Below are positions 40,650 to 51,282 of a DNA stretch of 64,000 nt, piece after piece. Under the pieces are notes generated by a model that was not told where the DNA came from, ran no database searches, and saw only the letters and a program-made list of their open reading frames with translations. The DNA is taken from positions 1,056,001 to 1,120,000 of the forward strand of contig OY763415.1 in assembly GCA_963667565.1 (NCBI GenBank), read 5' to 3'. Source of the stretch: Acholeplasmataceae bacterium. GTDB taxonomy: Bacteria; Bacillota_I; Bacilli_A; Acholeplasmatales; Acholeplasmataceae. Each line of letters opens with the position of its first letter. Position 1 is the stretch's first letter. The position numbers were made by a program, and so were the translations under genes.

Positions 40650-42122
40650 TTATTTTTTAGCTGGTTTTTCTTCCTTAACTTCAGGTTTTGGCTCCACCTT
40701 AATATCTTTATTTTCATCGACAACAACTTTGATTTCTTGTGCTTCTTCTTTAGCAGAACCTAAGAATTTAGGTAGGTCTAACCCTGCCATATTAAATAAT
40801 TCATTCATAGGAGGAATTGACTTCATTAAGTTTTGAGCAAAATGAGCTGTAGATGATGAACCATCATTTGAACCAGAATCCCAAACTGTAATCTTATCAA
40901 ATTTAAGATTTTTAATTGCTTGTACTTGAATTTCAACAAGTTTTTCAAGTTTATCAGCAATAAGCATTTTAACAGCTTTATCAGCATCGTTACCTGCGGC
41001 ATCAACTAACAATTTAAACCCTTCTGCTTGTTTAGATAAAATTTCTAAACTACCGCGAGCTTCAGCATCTAGTTTTGCAAAGATTGCATCAGCTTGACCT
41101 TTAGCTTCTCTTCTTAATACTTCAGCAACTGCTTCAGCTTCAATCACTCGTTTTTGACGGTCAATTTCAGTTTTAACGATAACATCAGCTTCAAGTGTTG
41201 CTTGTTCTCTTTTAGCACGAGCAATTTCGGCGTTTTGTTCAGCAACATAAGCTTCTTCTTTAGCTTTCGCTTCTGCTGTCTTTTCGGCAGCTGTCGCACG
41301 TCTAAGTGATTCAGCTTCAACTTCTCTACGAGATGCATTTGTTTGCGAAATGTCAGCCAATGATTGGTTTTCACCTTCAACCGCAGTTGCATTTGCTGAT
41401 GCAACTGAAACTCTTTGATCTCTTAAAGCATTTGCTTCACCAATAGAACCATCTCTGTTCTTTTCAGCAACACTTCTTTTTGCATCATTGATTGCTTTTG
41501 CAGCAGCTTCTTTCCCAAGAGCATCGATATAACCAGATTCATCATTAATATCAGTAACGTTAACATTAATCAATCTTAGACCAATTTTCTTTAATTCACT
41601 TTCAACGTTTCCACTGACAGCTTCTAAGAATTTATCTCTATCTGTATTAATTTCTTCAATATCCATTGTTGCAACGACTAATCTTAATTGACCAAAAATA
41701 ATATCTTTTGCAAGTTCTTGAATTTCTGCAAGTCTTAAACTACCTAAACGTTCTGCAGCATTTTGCATTACGCCTTGTTCAGTTGAAATTGCAACCGTAA
41801 ATCTTGATGGTACATCAATACGAATATTTTGTCTAGATAACGCATTTACTAAGTCTACTTGAATTGACATAGGCGTAAGATCTAAATATTGATATGCTTG
41901 AATGAATGGCCAAATGAATTTAACCCCACCATGGATACAATTCGCTGAGCGTTTGACTCCATCTTTTTGATTAACACTACCATAGATAACTAAAATCTTA
42001 TCTGCTGGACATTTTTTAACCCTAGATACAATAAGCATTAAAATCATAAATGCAATAACAATAAATGTGACAATAAGTCCAATCACTGTACCTGGATCAA
42101 CTGCTAAAATTATAAAATTCAT
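40650..42122 (-). CDS. Flotillin / SPFH domain protein
   Basis: N-terminal TM, SPFH domain, Ala/Glu-rich coiled coil. Confidence 0.88.
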   Translation of the reverse strand: MNFIILAVDPGTVIGLIVTFIVIAFMILMLIVSRVKKCPADKILVIYGSVNQKDGVKRSANCIHGGVKFIWPFIQAYQYLDLTPMSIQVDLVNALSRQNIRIDVPSRFTVAISTEQGVMQNAAERLGSLRLAEIQELAKDIIFGQLRLVVATMDIEEINTDRDKFLEAVSGNVESELKKIGLRLINVNVTDINDESGYIDALGKEAAAKAINDAKRSVAEKNRDGSIGEANALRDQRVSVASANATAVEGENQSLADISQTNASRREVEAESLRRATAAEKTAEAKAKEEAYVAEQNAEIARAKREQATLEADVIVKTEIDRQKRVIEAEAVAEVLRREAKGQADAIFAKLDAEARGSLEILSKQAEGFKLLVDAAGNDADKAVKMLIADKLEKLVEIQVQAIKNLKFDKITVWDSGSNDGSSSTAHFAQNLMKSIPPMNELFNMAGLDLPKFLGSAKEEAQEIKVVVDENKDIKVEPKPEVKEEKPAKK

Positions 42123-42134
42123 ATGTTTTCTCCT

Positions 42135-42758
42135 CTATATTTTTTTGACGATGAGACTAGTCCCATCTGTAACATCTAAAATTGTAACACTTTGATTCGG
42201 TAAAATATCTTCTTGATCATGAGTTACTGCATCTACTTCTACGTAACGATCATCAATGACTAAATTAATTTTACCTTTTCCTGAATTATTTTTAGGGATA
42301 CGCATGTAAACAGTTGCTGTTTTACCAATCGCATTATGATAATCAATATTCCCTGAAGATTCTAACTTCATGGCTTGTTTTAAAGCATAAGCTAATAGCA
42401 CTGCAGCTATAAAACCCGCAAACATACCAATAAGAGTTGCAACTATAGGATGTACATAATCAATAAATAACATAGTTACCCATGATCCCACACTCAAAAA
42501 TGCAAGTGTACCTCTAATTGTAAAAATCTTTAATCCACCAACAGATGAAAGTGGTTCATCATTGAAATGATCGATTCCGTCTGCATGAACATCAAAATCT
42601 AAGTCATCCATACCATCGACTCCACCATCAAAACCATCAAATTGAGTGTGATCAAAACCCATAAACATTAGAATGATGAAAATAACCATCACAACAGTTG
42701 CCGTGACAGCAATATAGAACAATATTTGTTGATAATCTGTTAGACTATCCCACCACAT
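42135..42758 (-). CDS. NfeD-like membrane protein (flotillin partner)
   Basis: Three TMs plus C-terminal OB fold IGKTATVYMRIP...GKI; upstream of flotillin. Confidence 0.8.
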   Translation of the reverse strand: MWWDSLTDYQQILFYIAVTATVVMVIFIILMFMGFDHTQFDGFDGGVDGMDDLDFDVHADGIDHFNDEPLSSVGGLKIFTIRGTLAFLSVGSWVTMLFIDYVHPIVATLIGMFAGFIAAVLLAYALKQAMKLESSGNIDYHNAIGKTATVYMRIPKNNSGKGKINLVIDDRYVEVDAVTHDQEDILPNQSVTILDVTDGTSLIVKKI

Positions 42759-42818
42759 AAATTGTACCCCCTTTATAGTACTTCTATAATATTATTTTAC
42801 CATATTTGTATAGTTTTG

Positions 42819-44783
42819 TTAATGATTTTCAAACCAATTTGTAATGTCATTAAGACGTTTAATACGCGCATGTGGTTTTCCACTTCTTGAGAGTTCATGC
42901 GTTTCACCTTTGAACCAAACAAGTTTTGTATCGACACCTTTGTATTTTAAAACTGAATAAAACTGCATAGCTTGTTCAATTGGACAACGATAATCTTCAT
43001 CAGAATGGATAAAGAGTGTTGGTGTCTCTACTTGATTTGCATATTTTAAAGGCGATTGTTCCCACATGAGCGAAACGTCATCTAATGGGTTTGATGCGGT
43101 TTGGTCTTTAGCAAAATAAAATCCAATATCTGAAGTACCAAAAAATGAAACCCAATTGGAAATACTTCTTTGTGTTACAGCAGCCTTGAAACGATTTGTA
43201 TGTCCAATAATCCAATTGGTCATAAATCCACCATATGAACCACCTGTTACATAGAGTTTTGTTTCATCGATTTGAGGAACTTTTTTTATCACTAAATCAA
43301 CGAAATTCATGATATCTTCATAATCTATAGTTCCATATTTACCTCTAATATCTGCAAATGCATCACCTTTTCCATCAGATCCTCTTGGATTACAATACAT
43401 CACAATATATCCTAAACTTGCCCAATATTGCATTTCATGATAGTAAGTTGACCCATAAACAGTTTTAGGCCCACCATGAATATCCAAAATTGCTTTGTAT
43501 GATTTGTCTTTATCAAAATCAATTGGATATAAAACAAAACCTGTGACTTCATGAGTAGGTTTTTTTAATATAATTTTTTTAGGTTTAGCTACATAATAAT
43601 CCTTAATTGTACGATAATTTAATCGCGTAAGTTGTTGATCTCTTCCATGATTAAATGCATAAATTTCTTGAAGTCTTTGTTTTAATTGACCTACAAAATA
43701 AATCTTTTCTTCTACCATGGTTAACCCTTCAACTGAGCCATTTGCTTTAAATATAGTTTCTATGTTTCCATCACTACTTAAAGACATGATTTCAGCATGG
43801 TCATCAATGGTTGCAATAAATATGAGTCGATTACTTTCACTTATCGTTTGTGATTGTCCGCCTAGTCTTACATCAGATCCAATCGTATTGCCTATCGCTT
43901 GTCCAAATTTAGCAAATAACTCTAAATCTTGATTCTTTATCAAATAAAAATCATTATTTTGGTTAAGACCAAATAATTTTTGATCTGTAGCAGCACAAAT
44001 CAACTGATCACCAATAAATTCGATAAATGCAATATCATATGCTTTTTTATCATAGACGACTTCTGTTTTTTCCTCAATCAAATCATAACGATAAACGTTA
44101 GTATATAATACTTGAAGTTGTGATTTTGGTGTTGCTGTATAATAAATGTACCGTTGATTTTTAGAAATAAGAATTTGACCTACTTTAAGTGTTTCATCAG
44201 TTATTTTCTTAACTTCTTTTGATTCAATATCATATAAATAGATTGATGATTGTTTACCTTGAACAAATCCTTGACCATTAAAATAAAATGGTATTTGATC
44301 TATATCTTCATACAATAAATCTATTTTTCTGTCTTTTAAATATTGTTTTCTTGTCTTTTCATCACAATTAATTAATACTTCATCTTGTTTTGATAAATTT
44401 GATGAAAGAATTAACTTGTTTTTAATGCGTTTGATTAAGTTTGTTGGAAATTGAAACTCAAAAGCTTTGGAAACAACTTTAGTATCTAAATTATATCTGT
44501 AATAAATGGTATAAAATTCTTTTCTTTGTTTTTCTTCTATTGTATTTTTTGCATAAGGAAACAAAATTGTAGAATCATCTTCCCATACAAATGAGGAATT
44601 ATCTTTAAGTTGAATGAGTTTTGCCATTTTATAGTTTTCTATTTTGTAGAGGTCATAAACATAATTGTTTTTATCCTCATCTGCTTTTGCACTTAAAAAA
44701 GCAAGCATATTTTTTGATGGATTTGCTTTCATTTGAGAAATAAATTTAAATTTCGTGAACAAATCAACTTCGATTTTCTGCAT
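42819..44783 (-). CDS. S9 family peptidase (prolyl oligopeptidase/acylaminoacyl peptidase)
   Basis: IHGGP, GGSYGG, DYRCP, HELSRSG; start ATG 44783. Confidence 0.92.
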   Translation of the reverse strand: MQKIEVDLFTKFKFISQMKANPSKNMLAFLSAKADEDKNNYVYDLYKIENYKMAKLIQLKDNSSFVWEDDSTILFPYAKNTIEEKQRKEFYTIYYRYNLDTKVVSKAFEFQFPTNLIKRIKNKLILSSNLSKQDEVLINCDEKTRKQYLKDRKIDLLYEDIDQIPFYFNGQGFVQGKQSSIYLYDIESKEVKKITDETLKVGQILISKNQRYIYYTATPKSQLQVLYTNVYRYDLIEEKTEVVYDKKAYDIAFIEFIGDQLICAATDQKLFGLNQNNDFYLIKNQDLELFAKFGQAIGNTIGSDVRLGGQSQTISESNRLIFIATIDDHAEIMSLSSDGNIETIFKANGSVEGLTMVEEKIYFVGQLKQRLQEIYAFNHGRDQQLTRLNYRTIKDYYVAKPKKIILKKPTHEVTGFVLYPIDFDKDKSYKAILDIHGGPKTVYGSTYYHEMQYWASLGYIVMYCNPRGSDGKGDAFADIRGKYGTIDYEDIMNFVDLVIKKVPQIDETKLYVTGGSYGGFMTNWIIGHTNRFKAAVTQRSISNWVSFFGTSDIGFYFAKDQTASNPLDDVSLMWEQSPLKYANQVETPTLFIHSDEDYRCPIEQAMQFYSVLKYKGVDTKLVWFKGETHELSRSGKPHARIKRLNDITNWFENH

Positions 44784-44881
44784 CGTTATCACCTCTTCAT
44801 ATTGTATTCATTATAATATAATGAAACGATTTAGTCCATAAAAAAAAGATGTTTCATCAAGAAACATCAAATTTTTTTATA

Positions 44882-46117
44882 TTAAATAACAAAATTACCT
44901 TTTTCAAATACTTTCACTTCAACACCATCATGTGTAAGTCCAATAATTTCCATATCTTCGTTACCAAACATGAAGTCAACATGATTCATTGAATTATTAT
45001 ATCCTTTTTTCTCAAGTTCAGCAATTGGTGCACCAATGCCACCTTTGATGTTCATTGGATAAGCACGACCAAGTGCCATATGACAAGATGCATTTTCATC
45101 AAATAATGTGTTTAGGAATAAAATATTTGTATTTGAGATTGGTGAGTCATGACTAATTAGTGCAATTTCACCGATATATCTACTACCTTCATCAGTATCT
45201 AATAAACTCTTAAGTGTTGCTTCTTCTTTTTGAGCACCGAAATCAACAACCTTACCATCTTTAAATTCTAACCAAAAGTTTTCGATGAGTTTACCTTGAT
45301 AGTTAAGTGGTTTAGTTGCAACAACTTTACCACGTGTTCCAAATTTATAAGGCATTGTAAATGTTTCTTCAGTTGGGATGTTTGGATTGAAATAAGTACC
45401 GTTAGCAGCGTGTTCGCCACCACCAGCCCAAATATGATCTTCAACAAGTTCAACAATTAAATCTGTACCAATGCTGTTTTTAAAATGTAGATGTTTAAAA
45501 TTATAATCATTTAATACTTTGTTGTGTGCTAATAATACTTCATTATGTTTAGCCCATTCTAAGATTGGATCACTATCTTCTTTAACACGGCTTGCATCAA
45601 AAATTGCTTCCCAAAGTTTTTCGACAGCTTCTACTTCACCTAAATTAGGAAATACTTGTTTTGCCCAAATGGCATTAGGTGCAGCAATAATTGTCCATTG
45701 TGAACGATTTCCCATCATATGTTCTCTCCAAAAATGGATTGCTTGTGATGTAGCAATCATTGATTTTTGAGATTTAGATGGATCGACATCTTTGTGAAGA
45801 CCAGGAATTGGTGATGAAATTGAGATAAAACATGCGTTATGATCAACATAATAATGATATTTATCAATGATAAATTGTGGTACTTCGACTAAAGTTTCAT
45901 CATCAGCAAACATTAAATAATCTCTTGAAACGAATTCATCTCCCCATTCAATAAATACTCTTTTAGCTCCTGCTAAATAAGCTTGTTTTGAAACCTCTCT
46001 AGCAATGTCAACCGTATCTGTCGATGCACGAACAACAACGATTTGTCCTTTATTCACATTTGCACCAACTTTGACAGCTAATTCTGCTAATTTTGATACT
46101 AATACTTGATTTGGCAT
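44882..46117 (-). CDS. M29 aminopeptidase (AmpS/PepS)
   Basis: NIPTEE, GEIAL, LFDENASCHMALG, HVDFM. Confidence 0.92.
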   Translation of the reverse strand: MPNQVLVSKLAELAVKVGANVNKGQIVVVRASTDTVDIAREVSKQAYLAGAKRVFIEWGDEFVSRDYLMFADDETLVEVPQFIIDKYHYYVDHNACFISISSPIPGLHKDVDPSKSQKSMIATSQAIHFWREHMMGNRSQWTIIAAPNAIWAKQVFPNLGEVEAVEKLWEAIFDASRVKEDSDPILEWAKHNEVLLAHNKVLNDYNFKHLHFKNSIGTDLIVELVEDHIWAGGGEHAANGTYFNPNIPTEETFTMPYKFGTRGKVVATKPLNYQGKLIENFWLEFKDGKVVDFGAQKEEATLKSLLDTDEGSRYIGEIALISHDSPISNTNILFLNTLFDENASCHMALGRAYPMNIKGGIGAPIAELEKKGYNNSMNHVDFMFGNEDMEIIGLTHDGVEVKVFEKGNFVI

Positions 46118-46195
46118 ATAAACCCTTCTTTCTACGTTTAATAGTTCTATTTTATCATATTCGCAATAAATAAAAAAAGTCTTTAAAAAGACTTT

Positions 46196-47617
46196 TTATT
46201 CAGGAATTGTAATAATTCTAAGTGAGTTAGTTGTTCCGTGTTGTTGAGCCCAACCAGATGTAATAATGATTTGTTGACCTGCTGTAAATCCATTTGCTTT
46301 AGCAACTTCAATAGCAGCTTCATCATATTTATAAAAATTAGTAACATCTTCTCTAAATGCAGGAAATACTCCCCAATAGTATGATAAGTAATGGCAAGTT
46401 TCTAAATGGTCAGTAATTGCTAAGACAGGTACTGAAGGTCTAAACTTACTAATACGTCTTGCTGTACCACCTGTTTCAGTAAATGCAACAACTGCTACAA
46501 CATTTTCTAAAGCTAACGCAGTTTGACTTACTGCAATACCGATTGCATCATTAATAGTTCCTTGTTGAGTTTTAATTGAACGCTCTAAAATAGTTTCATA
46601 AGGAATATTGTTTTCAATAGCTTTAGCGATTGTATCCATTGTTTGAACAGCTTCAATTGGATAATCACCAGCAGCAGATTCACCAGATAACATAATTGCA
46701 TCTGTACCATCAAGAATCGCATTAGCGACGTCTGATGCTTCAGCACGCGTAGGTCTTGGAGATTGCATCATTGACTCAAGCATATGAGTTGCAGTAATGA
46801 CTGGTTTACCTTTTTCGTTTGCTAATTTAATAATTTTCTTTTGATAAAGTGGAACTAATTGAGTTGATACTTCAACCCCTAAATCTCCACGAGCAACCAT
46901 AACACCATCAGATACTTCTAAAATTGATTCAAGATTATCAACACCTTCTTGATTTTCAATCTTAGCGATTAATTCAATGTATGGTTTACCAACTTTTTGT
47001 AAAATTTCACGTACAGCTAATACATCTTCTTTTCTTCTAACAAATGATAATGCGATCATGTCAACATTTTTTTCTGCAACAAATACGATGTCATCATAGT
47101 CTTTTTGTGAAATAAATGGCATTGATAATTTCACATTAGGAACGTTAACACCTTTACGTGTTTTAATCACACCAGGATTATTAATTTCACATTTTAAGAC
47201 ACCATCAGCAACTTCTAATACATTTAATCTCATTTTTCCATCATCGATTAAAAGGTAATCTCCAACAGAAATATCATCATATAATTCGTTACACTCAATA
47301 TGGAATCGATCGTGATTTCCTAAGATAGCTTCTCTATGAACTTCAACGATATCACCTTTTTTAAATGTAGCGAATCCATTTTCAAATTGTCCACAACGGA
47401 TTTCAGGTCCTTTAGTATCAGCAAGTACACCAATGAATTGATTTCTTTCTTTAGCGACTTTTCTAATCATATCTACTCTTGTACCATGTTCTTCATGAGT
47501 TGCATGAGAAAAATTAAGTCTTGCAACATTCATACCAGCGTCGATCATTTTACCAATCATCACGTCATTATCAATAGATGGACCTACTGTACAAACGATT
47601 TTTGTCTTTCTTTTCAT
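46196..47617 (-). CDS. pyk: Pyruvate kinase
   Basis: TKIVCTVGP, ARLNFSH, MVARGDLGVE, PTRAEASD. Confidence 0.97.
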   Translation of the reverse strand: MKRKTKIVCTVGPSIDNDVMIGKMIDAGMNVARLNFSHATHEEHGTRVDMIRKVAKERNQFIGVLADTKGPEIRCGQFENGFATFKKGDIVEVHREAILGNHDRFHIECNELYDDISVGDYLLIDDGKMRLNVLEVADGVLKCEINNPGVIKTRKGVNVPNVKLSMPFISQKDYDDIVFVAEKNVDMIALSFVRRKEDVLAVREILQKVGKPYIELIAKIENQEGVDNLESILEVSDGVMVARGDLGVEVSTQLVPLYQKKIIKLANEKGKPVITATHMLESMMQSPRPTRAEASDVANAILDGTDAIMLSGESAAGDYPIEAVQTMDTIAKAIENNIPYETILERSIKTQQGTINDAIGIAVSQTALALENVVAVVAFTETGGTARRISKFRPSVPVLAITDHLETCHYLSYYWGVFPAFREDVTNFYKYDEAAIEVAKANGFTAGQQIIITSGWAQQHGTTNSLRIITIPE

Positions 47618-47683
47618 ATTTTATAAAACTCCTATTCTTTTTTTCCATTACTATTATACCATTTTCATTTTGTTTTCATAGAA

Positions 47684-47724
47684 AAAGCCATTTTGTGAAA
47701 ACATTTACATTCACAAAATGGCTT
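47684..47724 (-). terminator. Long inverted repeat after degV gene
   Basis: AAGCCATTTTGTGAA...TTCACAAAATGGCTT. Confidence 0.7.
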
Positions 47725-47738
47725 ACTTTTTCATTTTT

Positions 47739-48614
47739 TTAGCGTTGATTGCCCATGAAAAATACTGCAATTGTTCCAGGACCAGAGTGAGCACCAATGA
47801 TTGGACCAATGAATCCAAAAATAATTTCCTTCACACCAATCTCTTTTTGAATAAGTTCTGCGGTAAATTTTGCATCTTCTAAATCGTCTCCATGAGAAAT
47901 AAAGATCGTTTGTTTGCTTGCATTTTCAATACGTTCTTTCATAAGTTCAACAAGTGTTTCAAGAGATGTTCTTCTCCCTCTCGCTTTTTTAATAGGAATA
48001 AGTTTACCTTCATTTGAAACATGAAGGACTGGTTTTACTTTTAAGAGTGACCCAAGTAAAGCTTGAGCACCTGATAATCGACCACCACGTTTAAGTGTTC
48101 CTAAATCATCAACTGTAAATAAATGGATAAGGTGTAGTTTGTTTGCTTCAAGATATGCTGCTACTTCTTCTATAGTCTTACCTTTTTGTGCTTCAAGATA
48201 TGTATAATAAACTAATAGTCCTTGACCCATAGAAGCAGATAATGAATCAATAATGATAATTTTCCTTTCTGGATATTCCTCTTTTAATGATTCAACTGCT
48301 AAATATGCAGATTGTACAGTACCTGATAAAGCTGAAGAGAAACCCACATATAAAATATCTTTCCCATCTTTCAAAAATGGTTCAAAGAATTCGATGAATT
48401 GACCTACATTGATCAAAGATGTAATTGCGACTTCTTTGTTTCGCATATCTTCATAAAATGTTTTAATCTTTAAATATCTTTCATCTGGATAATGTTTAAA
48501 CACTTCTCCTTTGATTTCTACGCTTAATGGTACAATTTTAATATCCATTGCATGTACTTGTTCATTTGTTAAATCACTACAAGAATCTGTTGCTATAATA
48601 TATGTTTGATTCAT
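47739..48614 (-). CDS. DegV family fatty-acid binding protein
   Basis: TDSCSD, SSALSGT, DSLSASMG, LKRGGR, HSGPG; start ATG 48614. Confidence 0.92.
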   Translation of the reverse strand: MNQTYIIATDSCSDLTNEQVHAMDIKIVPLSVEIKGEVFKHYPDERYLKIKTFYEDMRNKEVAITSLINVGQFIEFFEPFLKDGKDILYVGFSSALSGTVQSAYLAVESLKEEYPERKIIIIDSLSASMGQGLLVYYTYLEAQKGKTIEEVAAYLEANKLHLIHLFTVDDLGTLKRGGRLSGAQALLGSLLKVKPVLHVSNEGKLIPIKKARGRRTSLETLVELMKERIENASKQTIFISHGDDLEDAKFTAELIQKEIGVKEIIFGFIGPIIGAHSGPGTIAVFFMGNQR

Positions 48615-48756
48615 GTATAGTCCTCCAATTGGTTGATATATAGTCATATTTTATCATGTTACTAATTATTTCCATACTTTTTAATATATTTTTATATCAT
48701 ATCTATGATATATGTTTATGAAAAATACGTTTTCATTATTTTTCTCATTTTTTATA

Positions 48757-48785
48757 TTGCTTTATTTTTTCTTACATGTTAACAT
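48757..48785 (+). promoter_or_regulatory. Putative sigma-A promoter of the ABC operon leader
   Basis: TTGCTT, 17 nt, TAACAT with extended -10 TG at 48777; predicts TSS near 48792. Confidence 0.5.
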
Positions 48786-48791
48786 TTTATT

Positions 48792-49022
48792 ACGCAAAGC
48801 AAAACAGCTTTGATTTCCAAGATAGGCTATGAATAGTCCTTGAGTATAACTTTTAAAATGATAAAAGTATGCTTAATGACTCTAGTTCTTGAGTATACTG
48901 AGATAATAATCTTCGTTGCTTTAAGGTTCATAGTCCTTGAGTATAGAAGATATTTTTTTTATTTTCTTGTTCAAGGGCTATCTTCCCTTGATAATCAGAG
49001 TCTTTGCGCAAAGACTTTTTTT
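48792..49022 (+). promoter_or_regulatory. Structured 5' leader with three repeated hairpins and terminator/antiterminator (candidate novel cis-regulatory RNA)
   Basis: TAGTYCTTGAGTATA at 48834, 48883 and 48931, each the 5' arm of a hairpin; long-range closing stems; terminator 48998-49022. Confidence 0.65.
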
Positions 49023-49045
49023 ATTTATTAAAGGAGAGAGAGAAA

Positions 49046-49858
49046 ATGAAAAAAATATTTTTAGGTTTACTTTTATTAGCAGCTACATTATCACTTGCTG
49101 CATGTTCTACAACTTCAACAAACGTATTTGAATTTGTATTAGATGATAGTTTTACAGAATACTTAACCATGGAAACATCTGCTGACTATCCACCATTTGA
49201 AAACATTGAAGAAGTTGACGGAAAAATGACTGTTGTTGGTGTTGATATTGAAATCGCTAAAGCTATCGCATTATCAGCTGGAAAAAACTTAAGAGTTGTT
49301 CATAAAGGATTTGACTTCTTAATTACAGACATTCAAGATGGAAAAGCAGATTTTTCAATTGCTGCAATTACCCCTACACCAGAACGTTATGAAGTTGTTG
49401 ATTTTTCAGATGTATATTTAGATAGTGATAATGATCAAGTTGCTGTTATTAAAACTACTGATGCAGACACTTATAAAACTTTAGCCGATATTAATTTAGC
49501 TGCTGTTAAAATAGGTGCACAAACTGGTAGTTTACAATCTTATATTTTACAAGATCAAGCTCCAGATGCTTATGCTGTATATTTACAAGATTTAAATACG
49601 TTATTTGAAAATCTAGACAATGGACAAATTAATGTTTTATTATCTGAAAAAACAGTTGCTGAAACATACATTGCTGCTGAATATTCAGATTTAATGATCG
49701 CATTTGATGTATATTCTGCTTACAGTGGAAATGCAGTCGCAGTACAAAAAGGTAATACAGCATTACTTGCAATCATTAATAGTACAATTGCTTCATTAAA
49801 AGTAGATGGACAGATTGATGCATGGGTTGAATACTACTCTTCATTATATGAATCATGA
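49046..49858 (+). CDS. Polar amino acid ABC transporter substrate-binding lipoprotein
   Basis: Lipobox LAAC; TSADYPPFE, GVDIEIA, IGAQTGS; start ATG 49046. Confidence 0.9.
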   Translation: MKKIFLGLLLLAATLSLAACSTTSTNVFEFVLDDSFTEYLTMETSADYPPFENIEEVDGKMTVVGVDIEIAKAIALSAGKNLRVVHKGFDFLITDIQDGKADFSIAAITPTPERYEVVDFSDVYLDSDNDQVAVIKTTDADTYKTLADINLAAVKIGAQTGSLQSYILQDQAPDAYAVYLQDLNTLFENLDNGQINVLLSEKTVAETYIAAEYSDLMIAFDVYSAYSGNAVAVQKGNTALLAIINSTIASLKVDGQIDAWVEYYSSLYES

Positions 49859-50544
49859 TTGGATTATTAGATTTTGACTTTTTACTAAATCCTAATAATA
49901 TTGCTATGCTATTTCAAGGTCTCTTTATGACCTTGATTTTAGCTTTTTTAGCAGTGATGTTAGGAGCAATCCTTGCTATATTACCTGCATTTATGCGTAT
50001 GTCAAAAAATAAAATATTAAAAGGTATAGCAACCACTTATGTCGAAGTGATTCGTGGTACACCTATGCTTGTACAAGTGCTTATCATTTATCAATTAATG
50101 AAACTCCCTTTGATTTTGTTCTTAGGTATTGATATGGGTTCCTTTATTCCTGGACTAGTTGCACTTGTCATCAATTCTTCCGCTTACATGAGCGAAATCA
50201 TTAGAGCTGGTATTTTAGCGGTTGATAAAGGACAAACTGAAGCAGCAAGATCTTTAGGTATGTCACAGACACAAACCATGATAAAAATTATTTTACCCCA
50301 AGCTATCAACAATATTATTCCAGCTTTAGGAAATGAATTTGTTACCATTATTAAAGAAACTTCGATTTTCATGTATTTAGGGGTTGCTGAACTTATGTTC
50401 CAGATAAATATTATTAAATCAAATACATTTAGAGTGACTGAAGTTTATATGGTTGCTGGCGTCTTATATATGATTTTAACCATACCACTTTCTAAACTCA
50501 TGAACTTACTTGAAAGGAGATTACGTTATGCCTACGGTAAATAA
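49855..50544 (+). CDS. Polar amino acid ABC transporter permease
   Basis: [26 protein letters not shown]. Confidence 0.93.
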   Translation: MIGLLDFDFLLNPNNIAMLFQGLFMTLILAFLAVMLGAILAILPAFMRMSKNKILKGIATTYVEVIRGTPMLVQVLIIYQLMKLPLILFLGIDMGSFIPGLVALVINSSAYMSEIIRAGILAVDKGQTEAARSLGMSQTQTMIKIILPQAINNIIPALGNEFVTIIKETSIFMYLGVAELMFQINIIKSNTFRVTEVYMVAGVLYMILTIPLSKLMNLLERRLRYAYGK

Positions 50545-51277
50545 TATTATTGAGATCAATCATTTAACGAAGACATTTAATGAAGATCTTCATGCAGTAA
50601 ACGATGTGAGTTTAACGATTAAAAAAGGTGAAGTCGTGTCAATTATTGGTCCTAGCGGGAGTGGAAAATCCACTTTACTTAGATGTATTAATTTTATGGA
50701 AGTACCTACTTCTGGTGAAGTTATCTTTGAAGGTACACAACTCTCTATTAAGGATAAAACGATTAATGTATTAAGACAAAAAATAGGTATGGTGTTTCAA
50801 TCATTTAATCTATTTCCACATTTAAATGTATTAGATAACATCACAATCTCTTTAACCACAGTATTAAAGATGGATAAAGAATCATCCAATCAAATTGCAA
50901 AAGAACTTCTAAAAAAAGTTGGTCTTAGTGAAAAGATAGATAGTTTCCCTGCACAATTATCCGGTGGTCAAAAACAAAGAATTGCGATTGCTAGAGCACT
51001 TGCGATGAATCCTGATGTGATGCTCTTTGATGAACCAACATCTGCACTAGATCCTGAAATGGTTGGTGAAGTCCTCACCGTCATGAAAGATTTAGCGAAT
51101 GCTGGTATGACAATGGCGATTGTCACACATGAGATGGCATTTGCAAAAGAAGTATCTGATCGCGTGATTTTTATGGCTGATGGTAAGATTGTTGAAGAAG
51201 GTTCACCTGAACACATATTTAATCACCCAAAAAAGGATAGAACTATTGATTTTTTAAAACGTGTAACACAAAAATGA
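50528..51277 (+). CDS. Polar amino acid ABC transporter ATPase (GlnQ-like)
   Basis: [27 protein letters not shown]; start ATG 50528. Confidence 0.93.
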   Translation: MPTVNNIIEINHLTKTFNEDLHAVNDVSLTIKKGEVVSIIGPSGSGKSTLLRCINFMEVPTSGEVIFEGTQLSIKDKTINVLRQKIGMVFQSFNLFPHLNVLDNITISLTTVLKMDKESSNQIAKELLKKVGLSEKIDSFPAQLSGGQKQRIAIARALAMNPDVMLFDEPTSALDPEMVGEVLTVMKDLANAGMTMAIVTHEMAFAKEVSDRVIFMADGKIVEEGSPEHIFNHPKKDRTIDFLKRVTQK

Positions 51278-51282
51278 CCGAA

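Noticed and set aside
48834..48945. Mini-CRISPR reading of the three 15-nt repeats with ~33-nt spacers
   Set aside because: Repeat too short, spacers fold back onto the repeat, no cas genes in the window, and the unit lies between a promoter and a terminator in a 5' leader
48829..49131. Leader peptide or T-box explanation (MNSP* at 48829; ORFs 48840-49031 and 48937-49131)
   Set aside because: No convincing RBS, no run of regulatory codons, and no GGTGGNACC T-box sequence
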